Assembly: GCA_944376195.1 (NCBI GenBank)
Contig: CALWBW010000007.1
Coordinates: forward strand, 3,230-67,229
Reading direction: 5' to 3'
Length of the DNA: 64,000 nucleotides
DNA from: an uncultured Clostridia bacterium
GTDB lineage: Bacteria; Bacillota; Clostridia; Oscillospirales; QAMX01
Made by a program: the position numbers and the translations under genes
The notes under the pieces: generated by a model
What the model saw: the letters and a program-made list of their open reading frames with translations, nothing else
The model's database searches: none
Told to the model about the DNA's origin: nothing
Part shown: positions 47,247-57,282 of the stretch, in pieces
Layout: each line of letters opens with the position of its first letter
Position numbering within the stretch: position 1 is the first letter of the stretch

Positions 47247-48385
47247 AAACGTATGAATTTTGCGCGCCGTGCTTGATCGGCGTAGAGAGCATTGCGGCGG
47301 GGGAGTTCCGCCGCCTGGGATTTGAAAACGTGCGCTGCGAAGACGGCCGCGTATATTTTACGGGCGGGGACGATACGCTTGCCCGCGCCAATATCTGTTC
47401 GCGTTACTGCGAACGCATTTTAATCCGTCTGGCCTCCTTCCCGGCAGATAATTTCGATCTGCTTTTCGATGGGGTGCGCCAGATTGCCTGGGAAGACTAT
47501 CTTGCGCCGGGCATGGCGTTTCCGGTAAAAGGGTATAGCCTCCGTTCAAAACTGACCAGCATTCCCGCCTGTCAGCGCATCATCAAAAAAGCGGCGGCGG
47601 AACGGCTGATGTCCAAACGTCACACCGCCTGGCTCGAGGAATCAGGTCCGGCAGCGCGGATTCAATTTTCCCTGATCCGCGACCGCGCCGATATTTTTCT
47701 CGACACTACCGGCACGCCGCTTTTCAAACGCGGCTGGCGTACGGAAGGTGGCGTCGCGCCCATTCGCGAGACGCTGGCAGCCGCCATGGTGGATCTCTCC
47801 CGGTTCCGCGGGGACATGCACTTTTTAGATCCCCTGTGCGGCAGCGGTACAATTGCGATTGAGGCCGCGCTGAAGGCCCGCCGGCGCGCACCCGGTATTG
47901 AACGCCGGTTCGACGCCCAATGCTTCCCGTTTGTGAACCCCGCCGTGTGGAGCGCCGCACGGGAAGAGGCAAGAGCCGGGGAGATGCCCTCCCCCGCCGT
48001 GATTGAAGCCCGGGATATTGATCCCGCCTGCATTCGACGGGCCGAAGCAAATGCCCGCCGCGCCGGCGTGGCGGATATGATCCGTTTCTCCGTGGCGGAC
48101 GTGACAAAGTCGGACCTTTCCGCGTTTCGCGGCGTTTTGGTGACCAACCCGCCCTATGGCGAACGGCTGAGTGACCGGGAGAGCGTACATGCGCTTGCCC
48201 GCGGCCTGGGCCGTGCGCTGGGCTCTTTAGATGGCAAGAGCGTCTATGTCATCACGCCGGACCCGGAGTTTGAATCGTTTTTCGGGCATCGCGCAAACCG
48301 CAAACGCTGGCTTTATAACGGCATGATGAAATGCAGCCTCTATATGTATTTTCCCGCAAAAGCATCCGCACATGTACATGCATAA
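47237..48385 (+). CDS. THUMP-domain class I SAM-dependent RNA methyltransferase (RlmL/YpsC-like)
   Basis: THUMP N-terminus. DPLCGSGTI (motif I) and NPPYGERL (motif IV). GTG 47237 or TTG 47243 start, overlapping the upstream stop. Confidence 0.85.
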   Translation: MRLKTYEFCAPCLIGVESIAAGEFRRLGFENVRCEDGRVYFTGGDDTLARANICSRYCERILIRLASFPADNFDLLFDGVRQIAWEDYLAPGMAFPVKGYSLRSKLTSIPACQRIIKKAAAERLMSKRHTAWLEESGPAARIQFSLIRDRADIFLDTTGTPLFKRGWRTEGGVAPIRETLAAAMVDLSRFRGDMHFLDPLCGSGTIAIEAALKARRRAPGIERRFDAQCFPFVNPAVWSAAREEARAGEMPSPAVIEARDIDPACIRRAEANARRAGVADMIRFSVADVTKSDLSAFRGVLVTNPPYGERLSDRESVHALARGLGRALGSLDGKSVYVITPDPEFESFFGHRANRKRWLYNGMMKCSLYMYFPAKASAHVHA

Positions 48386-48388
48386 AAA

Positions 48389-48423
48389 CTGCCCGGCGCC
48401 TTAAAAGGCGCCGGGCAGTTTTT
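48389..48423 (+). terminator. Intrinsic terminator
   Basis: CTGCCCGGCGCC-ttaaaa-GGCGCCGGGCAG-TTTTT. Confidence 0.8.
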
Positions 48424-48520
48424 GTTTTCTCGCCGTTTCGAGGAAACCAGCATTTCTCCGAAGGGTACAGAGCATAGTGTACAAAAAAGCCTCGGTGAAA
48501 TTGTTGCAGATAGTTTCAAT

Positions 48521-48549
48521 TTGACAAACTTTTAAAGCGGCGTTACACT
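48521..48549 (+). promoter_or_regulatory. Sigma-A promoter for the aldo/keto reductase gene
   Basis: TTGACA-17 nt-TACACT. About 90-nt leader. Confidence 0.5.
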
Positions 48550-48642
48550 ATAGGTAACAACCTGCCCGGTCTGTAGGTTCCGCCATATTGGAAATCCGCA
48601 CGACCGGCAAACAAAAACGGATAGAAAGAGGGGACAGCAAGT

Positions 48643-49629
48643 ATGCAGTACAGAGAATTGGGCAAATCCGGTCTGATGGTCACGCCGCTGGCCTTAGGTG
48701 GATGGCCGCTCGGCGGCGGCGCAGAATGGGGGAAAAAGCTCCCGGATGAGACCTATTTGGATATGATCCGCTGCGCTTTGGACGGCGGCATTAATTTTGT
48801 CGACTCCGCCGTATTCTACGGCCACGGTCACTCCGAAGAACTGATCGGGCAAGCTATTAAGGGATATGACCGGGAAAAGCTAGTCCTTTCCACTAAACAG
48901 GTGGCGGGCCGGCTGACGCACGATACAGCGCGGGAAACTGTCGAGGCATGCCTGAAACGCCTTGACACGGACTATATCGACGTGTTCCTCGTTCACTGGC
49001 CGAATCCAGATGTGGACATTGCGGAAAATATGGAAGAACTGAACAAGCTGAAGGAATCCGGATTAATTCGGGCCATCGGCGTTTCCAACTATACGCTGGA
49101 GCACCTCAAACGTGCCCGTCAGTACGCCCAGGTCGACGTCATCCAGCCCTGCTACAGCCTCTTCTGGCGCTATCAGCTCGAGCGCGAAACTTTGCCCTAC
49201 TGCATGGAAAACAACATCGGCATTATGACGTACAGCTCCATCGGCCAGGGAATCCTGTCCGGACGGTTCTCCGCCGGTAAAGTACTGGACGAAGGCGACC
49301 AGCGTCAGAACATCATCCCGCTGTATTCCGACGAAGTCTTCCCGGTTGCCGTAAAGGCCGCAGAACGCATTGGAGAAATCGGCGCGAAATATGGGAAAAC
49401 AACCGTCCAGACCGCGATCAACTGGGTTATGAATACACCTGGCATCACGGCGGCGCTCGTCGGCGCGAAAACGCGTGCGCAGGAAGAAGAAAACCTCGGC
49501 GCACTGGGCTGGGAACTCTCCGCGGAAGACCGTAAGACAATCGGTGATATTGGTCTTATCGTTGCAAAACTCGTGGCGGACTGGGATACGCTCTTTGAAA
49601 AGGATCATCCCATGTTGAAATTAAAATAA
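48643..49629 (+). CDS. Aldo/keto reductase
   Basis: MQYRELGKSGLMVTPLALGGW, FVDSAVFYGHGHSEE, LVLSTK, DVFLVHWP. Confidence 0.9.
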   Translation: MQYRELGKSGLMVTPLALGGWPLGGGAEWGKKLPDETYLDMIRCALDGGINFVDSAVFYGHGHSEELIGQAIKGYDREKLVLSTKQVAGRLTHDTARETVEACLKRLDTDYIDVFLVHWPNPDVDIAENMEELNKLKESGLIRAIGVSNYTLEHLKRARQYAQVDVIQPCYSLFWRYQLERETLPYCMENNIGIMTYSSIGQGILSGRFSAGKVLDEGDQRQNIIPLYSDEVFPVAVKAAERIGEIGAKYGKTTVQTAINWVMNTPGITAALVGAKTRAQEEENLGALGWELSAEDRKTIGDIGLIVAKLVADWDTLFEKDHPMLKLK

Positions 49630-49640
49630 CGCCGTTTTCA

Positions 49641-49673
49641 AAAATCCCGCCTGTATTCTCAGGCGGGATTTTT
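49641..49673. terminator. Bidirectional intrinsic terminator
   Basis: AAAATCCCGCCTG-tattct-CAGGCGGGATTTT. Confidence 0.75.
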
Positions 49674-49699
49674 CATTTCTCTGCAACACCAACGCCTTA

Positions 49700-50596
49700 T
49701 CAGGAAAAGAACACCATTCCCAATGTTCCCAAGACGATGAGCGCAAGACCCCATATGGATTTTGCACTGATTTTTTCGTGCAAAATAAAAACAGAAAACG
49801 CAACAGACACCGCGATACTCAATTTATCGATGGGAACCACCACGCTGGCCAAACCGTCCTGCAGCGCCTTATAGTAACAAAGCCAAGACGCGCCGGTCGC
49901 GAATCCCGACAGCGTAATGAAAAGCAGTTCCCGCCGGGGGACCGCCTTCAGACATGCGGCCAACCCCACCGCCGCGTGTGCTGTCGTACGGCGTCCCGTA
50001 ACGGCAACCATGACCCACGACATCAGCAGCACCACGATGGTGCGCAGCGCAGTCGCAAGATTGGACTCCACGTTTTCCACTCCAATTTTACCCAATATGG
50101 AGGTCAGGGCTGCAAAAACGGCGGAAAGAGCCGCATAAAGGAACCAATTTCCCCCGACTGCACGGGTTGCGGTCTCTTTCTTTTCAATCATAAAGAACGT
50201 ACCCACCGCAATCAACGCCACGCCCAAAAGCTTCACGGCCAACGCTTCCGTCTCTCCAAACACCAGTATGGCAAGCAAAATGGTCAAGATGACACTGGAC
50301 TTGTCAACCGGGACCACGCGGTTGACGTCGCCCAGTTGCAAAGCGCGGAAGTAACAAAGCCACGACGCGCCGGTCGCCAGACCGGACAGAGCAAGGAAGC
50401 AGAAAGATTTTGCCGTAATCGAGGCAAGTTCTCCGAAGGATCCGACTATTGCCACCATAATCCAAGAAAAAATCAGGACGATCACGGTGCGCAGTGCCGT
50501 AGCAAGCGTAGAATCTGTCTTCTGAATGCCTATTTTAGCCAGTACAGAGGTGATCCCGGCGAAGAAAGCGGAACCAAACGCATAGAAAATCCACAT
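49700..50596 (-). CDS. EamA/DMT family transporter (two EamA halves)
   Basis: Both halves repeat ...SVLAKIG...ATALRT.VVL...GASWLCY(F/Y)(R/K)ALQ.G..S.V.P(V/I)DK.S... The start is probably ATG 50596 (AAGGA 8 nt upstream). Confidence 0.85.
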   Translation of the reverse strand: MWIFYAFGSAFFAGITSVLAKIGIQKTDSTLATALRTVIVLIFSWIMVAIVGSFGELASITAKSFCFLALSGLATGASWLCYFRALQLGDVNRVVPVDKSSVILTILLAILVFGETEALAVKLLGVALIAVGTFFMIEKKETATRAVGGNWFLYAALSAVFAALTSILGKIGVENVESNLATALRTIVVLLMSWVMVAVTGRRTTAHAAVGLAACLKAVPRRELLFITLSGFATGASWLCYYKALQDGLASVVVPIDKLSIAVSVAFSVFILHEKISAKSIWGLALIVLGTLGMVFFS

Positions 50597-50699
50597 AATC
50601 AACATCCTTTTCAAAGGCATTTGCAAACCACTTTTTGCGGGCAAACCGGCAAAAAGAATCCGCCGGAAAATCCAGCGGAATCCTTTTGTTGTTTTTTTA

Positions 50700-51761
50700 T
50701 TAATTTGAGGTTGTACCCGTCGTGGGCGTACCTGTCGTGGGCGTACCCGTTGTGGATGACCCCGTCGAGCTAGTGCCCGTCATCATAAATGCCGCAGCAG
50801 CCGTGGTGAAATCCACTTCGTAGAAAGTTTCGTAGTAAACGATATCGTAATCCGTCATCACATCCATCAAGTAATAGGAAAGCGACGTGTCAATGTAGGA
50901 ATCATACATAGTGCCATCTGCAAAGACAGAATCCAGATAATCCTCTTCGATGGGAAGTCGCTTATAAATAAAGAATCCGTTCGACGTTGTCACAACATCG
51001 CTGATTTCTCCAACTTCCAGGTTAAACAGCGCCTCATCGATTACATCGCTGCCGGAATCACCCTCGGCCAGATAATAACCGTCCTCCGGGTACTCCGCCA
51101 TATAGGCGTCGTCGCCATATTCCAGAATCAGATCCGTAAAATTTTCCCCGGCCACAGCACGATCATGCGCTTCCTCTGCCAGGGCATAGAGCGCGTCCTG
51201 ATCCTCCGTCGTCTCTACATCGGCCGTAGAAATAAAGATATGAACCTCGTGCGCATAAAGATCCGCATAGATCTGACGCACTTCTTCTTCCGACATATAT
51301 TCGGAACCGCCTTCGCCGTAGAGATACTCTTTCAATTTGTTGTACATCGGCGTGATTGCCAGAATCTCCCGGTACAGTTTGTCCGTCAGACCGATGGTTT
51401 TGAGGAATGCCGCATAGCCGGCCTGTCCGCCCAATTCGTCAATTTTGGCCTGACGCGCATCTTCAATCGACTGTTCGTCCTCTTCCGTCAGTTCCAACCC
51501 ATATTGTTCAAACAAACGGTAAATTGCCACATGCTGGCTGACATTGGTCAGCGCATAATAGGTCACCGTACTGTCTCCATACGTGGAATAATATGTGGCA
51601 TAGCTGTATCCATAATAATAAGCAAACGTACCCTGACGAATTTTCATACCGTCGATAATCATGACATACGGTTTTGTCGCGCAGCCTGAAACAAGAGACA
51701 ACGTTGCCGCAATGACAAGCAACATCGCCCAAACTCGGGTTTTTGTTTTCATCCTCATCAC
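50700..51761 (-). CDS. PrsA-like peptidyl-prolyl isomerase lipoprotein
   Basis: Lipobox LVSGC. SurA-N-like helical region. Parvulin-like ...HIFIST...GFFIYKRL. Thr/Gly/Pro C-terminal tail. Confidence 0.7.
   Translation of the reverse strand: MMRMKTKTRVWAMLLVIAATLSLVSGCATKPYVMIIDGMKIRQGTFAYYYGYSYATYYSTYGDSTVTYYALTNVSQHVAIYRLFEQYGLELTEEDEQSIEDARQAKIDELGGQAGYAAFLKTIGLTDKLYREILAITPMYNKLKEYLYGEGGSEYMSEEEVRQIYADLYAHEVHIFISTADVETTEDQDALYALAEEAHDRAVAGENFTDLILEYGDDAYMAEYPEDGYYLAEGDSGSDVIDEALFNLEVGEISDVVTTSNGFFIYKRLPIEEDYLDSVFADGTMYDSYIDTSLSYYLMDVMTDYDIVYYETFYEVDFTTAAAAFMMTGTSSTGSSTTGTPTTGTPTTGTTSN
50713..50757 (-). repeat. Three 15-nt tandem units encoding a TGTPT repeat
   Basis: GTACCCGTCGTGGGC / GTACCTGTCGTGGGC / GTACCCGTTGTGGAT. 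Confidence 0.6.
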
Positions 51762-51831
51762 CGTTTCCCATCGATTTTTATATAACAGTTCTCAAAATAT
51801 ATCATATTCCGGCAGCAAATTCAAGCATTAT

Positions 51832-52851
51832 TTATAAATTTTCCTCAAACACATGGAAAATTACTCCTCCGCCCAACACCCGTTCGCCATCATAAAGCAC
51901 GGCGCTTTGTCCCGGCGCCGGGACGCCGCAGTCCGGCGACACACGCAAAACGCAGCTCTCATTCGCGTCGGAAATGCATTCCGCCTCCCCCATCTTCCGG
52001 GAATGCCGTACGCGCGCGCCATAAAGTCTGCCCGGCGCCGGCAGTTCAAACCAGTTCATCTCCCCGATTTCCACAAGGCTTGCACGCGGCTCATGCGCCG
52101 GCGAAAGCGTAATCCGGTTTGTCTGCGGATCAATCGTGCGCACATACATGCGCTCTCCCGTCGCAACGCCCAGGCGCCGCCGCATTCCCACCGTATAGCG
52201 GTGGATTCCATGATGTACGCCAAGCACACGGCCCGTATCATCCACAAACTCTCCATCCGGCGGGCGAACACCGCGCGATTCAATATACTTCCAATGCATG
52301 CCGTCGGGCACGAAACAGATATCCATGCTGGCTGCGGCGCGGCTGGTCTCCGGAAACACCTCGCCCGCAACGGTCCGCACCTCTTCTTTAGAGACAAATG
52401 TGCCCAGCGGAAACAGGCATCGCGCAACCCACGCACGCGGCAGACGGTAAAGCAGATAACTCTGGTCATGCGGTCCCGCGCCGCGGTAAAGGAACCCTGC
52501 CTCTGCGCGCGCATAATGCCCGGTCGCCACAAAGGCACAACCGTGCGCATCCGCGTAATCAAAGAGCGCGCGGAATTTGACGCGGGGATTACACACAGCG
52601 CAGGGATTCGGCGTCCGTCCCGCAAGATAATCCGCGAAAAACGGCTTGATTACGCCCTGTTCAAACGGCTCGCGCATATCGGCCACAGCAAACGGAAGTC
52701 CCAACCGTTCCGCACATGCGCGCGCACGGTCGGGCGTTCCAAACCCATTGTCCATAAAAAGCGCATGAACTTCATATCCTCTGCGCTGCAGGAGAATCGC
52801 AGAAGCGGCGCTGTCCACGCCCCCGGATAATCCAAGCACCACTCTTTCCAA
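51832..52851 (-). CDS. mnmA: tRNA 2-thiouridine(34) synthase MnmA
   Basis: PP-loop LSGGVDSAAS, TPNPCAVCN, ATGHYAR. TTG start after AAGGGGGAAG. Confidence 0.92.
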   Translation of the reverse strand: MERVVLGLSGGVDSAASAILLQRRGYEVHALFMDNGFGTPDRARACAERLGLPFAVADMREPFEQGVIKPFFADYLAGRTPNPCAVCNPRVKFRALFDYADAHGCAFVATGHYARAEAGFLYRGAGPHDQSYLLYRLPRAWVARCLFPLGTFVSKEEVRTVAGEVFPETSRAAASMDICFVPDGMHWKYIESRGVRPPDGEFVDDTGRVLGVHHGIHRYTVGMRRRLGVATGERMYVRTIDPQTNRITLSPAHEPRASLVEIGEMNWFELPAPGRLYGARVRHSRKMGEAECISDANESCVLRVSPDCGVPAPGQSAVLYDGERVLGGGVIFHVFEENL

Positions 52852-52973
52852 TGCACTTCCCCCTTCTTGACACAGGCAACCGCTCTGTTATAATCTGATA
52901 TAGTATAGCACAGGCAGCCGGTTGACGCAAGCACGCCGGATCAAGCCGCCGTTTTGAGAGGAGGAGCCGCAGC

Positions 52974-53885
52974 ATGGGAAACAAACCTGGCCTGTCGGAG
53001 ACCATTTGTGCCGCAATATGTGCCTCAGGTGCAGCGGCATGCGGCACAGTTTCCCGCGCAGTGCTGGAACCCGTCATGACGGACGCCCAGCGCGCGCAGC
53101 TTGCATTGCGCGTCCCGGAATGGCGCACCGTTTTCTGCGCGGCCTTCCCCTATTTTGCCAATGTCCCCGCGCCGCGTCATGCCATATCGCGCTACGCCTG
53201 GGGCCTTGATTATCACAAAGTGCTCGCCCAGCGTCTGACGCCTGCGGCAGAACATCTGCGTGCTCTGGGTGCGCGTGCGGAAGTGCTGGTGGACGCCTCC
53301 CCGGTACCGGAGCGTGCGGCTGCGCTGTATGCCGGAATCGGCATATTGGGGGATCACGGACTTGTGATCGTCCCGCCCTACGGCAGCTATGTCTTTCTGG
53401 GCACCATTGTGACGGACGGCGAAGACCCGGACGCACCTCTTACACAAACTCCGGCCATTGCGCAGTGCGCTCACTGCGGCGCGTGCCGCGCGGCGTGCCC
53501 TTCCGGCGCACTGTCGCCGGAGGGATTTCATTCAGAGCGGTGTCTTTCGCATCTTTCGCAGAAAAAAGGGGACCTCTCCCCCTGGGAGCAGGCTCTGTTA
53601 CAGCAAAATGACTGCCTGTGGGGCTGCGACGCCTGTCAGGAGGCCTGTCCTTATAACCGGGGCCCGCGCGAGACGGCCCTCCCCGAATTTCGAGAAGCGC
53701 TCATCCAGACGCTTTCGCAGGGTCAGCTTAATGGTCTTTCCAATCGCGAATTCCAGCGCCGGTATGGGACGCGCGCATTTGCCTGGCGCGGGCCGGCCGT
53801 CCTGCGGCGCAATCTGGAACTTCTCGCAAAATCAGAGTCGGAAACACAGCGTGCCTTCCGGCACGAGAAAGGGAATGATCTATGA
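52974..53885 (+). CDS. queG: Epoxyqueuosine reductase
   Basis: ISRYAWGLDYH. Two ferredoxin-type clusters: CAHCGACRAACPSGA and CLWGCDACQEACPYN. Confidence 0.88.
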   Translation: MGNKPGLSETICAAICASGAAACGTVSRAVLEPVMTDAQRAQLALRVPEWRTVFCAAFPYFANVPAPRHAISRYAWGLDYHKVLAQRLTPAAEHLRALGARAEVLVDASPVPERAAALYAGIGILGDHGLVIVPPYGSYVFLGTIVTDGEDPDAPLTQTPAIAQCAHCGACRAACPSGALSPEGFHSERCLSHLSQKKGDLSPWEQALLQQNDCLWGCDACQEACPYNRGPRETALPEFREALIQTLSQGQLNGLSNREFQRRYGTRAFAWRGPAVLRRNLELLAKSESETQRAFRHEKGNDL

Positions 53886-54685
53886 AATGGAAACTTGGTG
53901 TCACCCAGTGGTCGCTGCCTTGCGCGGTAGCGGACTGCGTGGAAATGGCAGCGGCGCTCGGATTTGGCGCCGTGCAGGTGGACCTGGGCGCTGCGGAGGC
54001 AGGTTACCCGCTGACGGACACAGCTCTTCAAAACCGGCTGCTCTCGGATGCGGCGCGCTGCGGCGTAGAAATTGTCTCCGTCGTATGGAACGACCTGTGT
54101 AAAAACGGTTTTGTCCATGCGCCCGGCGATCCCCGCCGGGAGACGGCCTGGCAGACGATTGAGCGCGGTGTAGAAACCGCCGCGCGGATGGGCGTACGGT
54201 CCGTCTGTCTGCCCAGCTTTTTTGATAACGCCATGCGGGATGCGGACGGTTATGCCCGCACGGTCGAGACGCTGCGCCATGCGTGCCAACTTGCCGCGCC
54301 GCACGGGATTCTGGTCTATACGGAAAACGTTTTGGACACTGCGGCGTTAGAGATGTTCTTTCGCGATATCGGACAGGACAATCTGCGCCTGCTCTTCGAT
54401 TCTCAAAATTATGCCTTTATGGCCGGTCTTGACGCCGCCGCTGTTTTTCAGTCGGCCCAGGCGTATATCGAAGGCTTTCTGCACGTAAAGGACGGCATAG
54501 ATGGGCTGGGGACTTCCCCGCTTGGCAAAGGAAGCTCCGGGTTGAGCCGGACGCTGGACAGTATTGTCAAAAGCGGGTTCTCCGGTTATTACATTTTGGA
54601 AAATCACTATGATTCCCGGGAGGCCGCGGCAGCGGAAATTTCCGTCCTTCGTCATATGCTGGACAGCGCGGCTGTGCAGAATTGA
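53882..54685 (+). CDS. Sugar phosphate isomerase/epimerase (xylose-isomerase-like TIM barrel)
   Basis: 267 aa. Pattern ...GFGAVQVDL...VYTEN...ILENHY is typical of AP-endonuclease-2/TIM family proteins. ATGA overlap with queG. Confidence 0.75.
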   Translation: MKWKLGVTQWSLPCAVADCVEMAAALGFGAVQVDLGAAEAGYPLTDTALQNRLLSDAARCGVEIVSVVWNDLCKNGFVHAPGDPRRETAWQTIERGVETAARMGVRSVCLPSFFDNAMRDADGYARTVETLRHACQLAAPHGILVYTENVLDTAALEMFFRDIGQDNLRLLFDSQNYAFMAGLDAAAVFQSAQAYIEGFLHVKDGIDGLGTSPLGKGSSGLSRTLDSIVKSGFSGYYILENHYDSREAAAAEISVLRHMLDSAAVQN

Positions 54686-54705
54686 GATCTCGTTTCAACA
54701 AAAAA

Positions 54706-54742
54706 ACGCCCTCTGGAATTCTTTCATCCAGAGGGCGTTTTT
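54706..54742. terminator. Bidirectional intrinsic terminator
   Basis: AAAAAA-ACGCCCTCTGGA-loop-TCCAGAGGGCGT-TTTT. Confidence 0.8.
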
Positions 54743-54751
54743 GCGTTACGT

Positions 54752-56152
54752 TCAAGCGTTCTTTGCCTCGTCGGGTTCCCGAGAGTCCCCACCGTCCACA
54801 ATCAGGGAATAATTTTTCTCCCATTTGCCGCGGCGGTACCGGATATACACCAACAAGCTGCACAGCATCCAACCAATCGGGTACGCCAGCGCGGTGACGT
54901 AAATCGAGTCGAAGAGAATGGACGCCACAAAGAGGTAAATCTGACGGAACACCACAAAGCTGGAAAGCATGATGAGCATCGGTCCCGTTGAATCTCCCGC
55001 GCCGCGCAATGCACCGGAGAAAATCTGGTTCCAGCAGCACAGCACGTAAAACGGAGACATAAAGCGCACGAAAATAATACCGTAGTGCAGCACATCGGGA
55101 TCCTGATTAAAGAGCTGCAAAAGCTGCGAAGCGAAAATATTCAGCAAAACAGCAAGGCCCAGCGTTGTCCCAATGGCAATATAAAGCGAAGTACGCATGC
55201 CTTTTTTGGCGCGGTCCAGCTGATGCGCGCCAAGGTTCTGCCCCACAAACGTCGTAGACGCCAGAGACAGGCTCTGCATCGGGAGCATGACAAACTGGTC
55301 AATTTTGGAGTAGGACGTCCACCCCGCCATACAGGAGGAGCCAAACACGTTGATGTAAGACTGAACAAAGACGTTTGAGAAGGACGTAACCGCCTGTTGA
55401 AGGCCCGCCGGCAGACCAACACGGAAAATCACCTTGAGTATCGACTTGGAAGCACGAATCTCGCGCCAGACAATTCCGTAAGGCTCGCTCTTGTTTGAAA
55501 GTACAATCAAAATCAGTGCAGCGGACGCAAACTGCGCAATGATGGTGGCATACGCAACGCCTGCGATCCCCATGTTGAACTGCAAAACAAATAAAAGGTC
55601 GAGCACAATGTTCACCAGGGAGGAAAAACACAGGAAGTAGAGCGGACGCCGGGAGTCGCCAATGGCACGCAGGATACCGGACCCCACGTTGTATATCATC
55701 AGTCCGGAAACACCCGCGAAATAAATCCGCAGATACTGCACAGACTCCGAGAAAACATCGTCCGGCGTTTTCATAAACCGGAGCATGGCAGGCACGATTG
55801 CAATCCCGGCAAACGTAAAGACGATGCTCAGCACAAACGTCATCACAAGCGTCGTATGGACCGCAAGCCGCAGATTTTTATAGTCCCGCGCACCGTAGTA
55901 CTGCGAAATTACCACGCTCGCGCCGGTTGCCAGCCCCATAAAAAAGCCGACCAAGGTGTTGATGATCGGGCCTGTCGAACCCACCGCCGCCAGAGCCTGC
56001 GTACTGACAAAGTTTCCGACTACGATGGAGTCGACCGTGTTGTAAAGTTGTTGAAACAGGTTTCCGATCAAGAGCGGAATAGCGAAAAAAACAAGTTGTT
56101 TCCAGATCACGCCTTCCGTCATGATGGAGGAGGTTTTCCGCTTAAATAACAT
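54752..56152 (-). CDS. MATE family efflux transporter
   Basis: 466 aa, 12 TM. IPLLIGNLFQQLYNTVDSIVVG and GLATGASVVISQYYGA are MATE N-lobe signatures. Confidence 0.9.
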   Translation of the reverse strand: MLFKRKTSSIMTEGVIWKQLVFFAIPLLIGNLFQQLYNTVDSIVVGNFVSTQALAAVGSTGPIINTLVGFFMGLATGASVVISQYYGARDYKNLRLAVHTTLVMTFVLSIVFTFAGIAIVPAMLRFMKTPDDVFSESVQYLRIYFAGVSGLMIYNVGSGILRAIGDSRRPLYFLCFSSLVNIVLDLLFVLQFNMGIAGVAYATIIAQFASAALILIVLSNKSEPYGIVWREIRASKSILKVIFRVGLPAGLQQAVTSFSNVFVQSYINVFGSSCMAGWTSYSKIDQFVMLPMQSLSLASTTFVGQNLGAHQLDRAKKGMRTSLYIAIGTTLGLAVLLNIFASQLLQLFNQDPDVLHYGIIFVRFMSPFYVLCCWNQIFSGALRGAGDSTGPMLIMLSSFVVFRQIYLFVASILFDSIYVTALAYPIGWMLCSLLVYIRYRRGKWEKNYSLIVDGGDSREPDEAKNA

Positions 56153-56302
56153 GTCACTGCCCCTCGCTTGAAATAATTTACTCTTTGTATACCGTATACC
56201 TTGCGCGGAATTTTGTCAACCGGGATACTCACAAAAATCACGGATAAAAACGTCACGGAATTGTGCCCTTTTGTTGGAATTGTTACACGGTAAAACTTTT
56301 TC

Positions 56303-56331
56303 TTGCAAGATTCCTTGCTTTACGCTATGAT
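56303..56331 (+). promoter_or_regulatory. Sigma-A promoter for the TauE/SafE gene
   Basis: TTGCAA-17 nt-TATGAT. Confidence 0.5.
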
Positions 56332-56378
56332 GGATAGGAATAGTCGTTTTCCTTCCAGGCAGGCGGCAATTAAACAAA

Positions 56379-57134
56379 ATGGAAAGACAGGTAGCATCCA
56401 TGGAAATTTGGAATTATCTCTATGTCTTCGCGGCTTCCATCGGCGGAAGCATTGTACAAACCACGACCGGCTTTGGGTACGGGATTTTCGTCATGCTCTT
56501 TTTTCCCTTGTTTTTGCCGCTTTTGCAATCCTCCGCGCTTTCCGTCACCATCAGCATGTGTCTGAGCGCGTCGCTTTCCTGGAAATACCGCCGTCACGTC
56601 GATTACCGTTGCATGTGGCTTCCGCTGATCATTTATATCGTCGTATCCAACATTGCGGTCTGGCTGTCCACACAGGTCAATATCGGCGGACTCAAAGCCT
56701 ATTTTGGCCTTTTTTTAATTCTCATCGCCGCGTATTTCACCTTTTTTTCTCGGTTAATTCACCTCAAGCCCAATCCGGGAACCGCTACTATCTGCACCAC
56801 CATTTCCGGCGCGGCAAACGGCTTTTTCGGGATCGGCGGGCCGCCGATGGTCCTGTACTTCCTGGCCGTTTCCGGCGAGGATAAACTGAAATATCTTGCA
56901 ACCATCCAGGCGTTTTTCTTCCTGACGGGAATTAGTAACGTCATTTCCCGCGCGGCAAACGGGATCCTGACGGCAGACCTTCTACTTCTGGTCATTCCCG
57001 GCGTGCTCGGCCAATTGATCGGGCAGTTTATCGGCGTCAAAATCATCGGGCGCATTGAAATTGAACAACTTAAAAAAGTGATTTATTTTTTCCTGGCCGT
57101 GGCCGGCTTGTTGACGTTCCTAACAAATATTTGA
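56379..57134 (+). CDS. TauE/SafE family sulfite/anion exporter
   Basis: Polytopic. GGSIVQTTTGFGYG and GFFGIGGPPMVLYF repeats. Start is 56379 or 56400. Confidence 0.85.
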   Translation: MERQVASMEIWNYLYVFAASIGGSIVQTTTGFGYGIFVMLFFPLFLPLLQSSALSVTISMCLSASLSWKYRRHVDYRCMWLPLIIYIVVSNIAVWLSTQVNIGGLKAYFGLFLILIAAYFTFFSRLIHLKPNPGTATICTTISGAANGFFGIGGPPMVLYFLAVSGEDKLKYLATIQAFFFLTGISNVISRAANGILTADLLLLVIPGVLGQLIGQFIGVKIIGRIEIEQLKKVIYFFLAVAGLLTFLTNI

Positions 57135-57148
57135 CCCGCTCAACCTGC

Positions 57149-57183
57149 AAAAAACCCCCGTCTGCCTTTCAGAGCAGACGGGG
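57149..57183 (-). terminator. Second (backup) terminator downstream of tRNA-Arg
   Basis: 10-bp stem CCCCGTCTGC/GCAGACGGGG. The T-run is present only on the minus strand (A-run 57149-57154 on plus). Confidence 0.5.
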
Positions 57184-57226
57184 CATATTGGATACTCTGC
57201 GCCTTCCCCGCGCAAACGCATTTTGC

Positions 57227-57279
57227 AAAAAAACAGGACACAGATTTTGATTCATTACACATCAAAATCTGTGTCCTGT
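57227..57279 (-). terminator. Strong intrinsic terminator immediately after tRNA-Arg
   Basis: Perfect 19-bp stem (57233-57251 / 57261-57279), 9-nt loop, followed by TTTTTTT on the minus strand. Confidence 0.8.
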
Positions 57280-57282
57280 AAT

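Noticed and set aside
48550-48642. Possible riboswitch in the ~90-nt leader of the aldo/keto reductase gene
   Set aside because: I can only draw a single bulged 7-bp helix (GCCCGGTC/GACCGGC) with a small internal hairpin. There is no terminator or RBS-sequestering alternative, and no resemblance to a riboswitch class I know.
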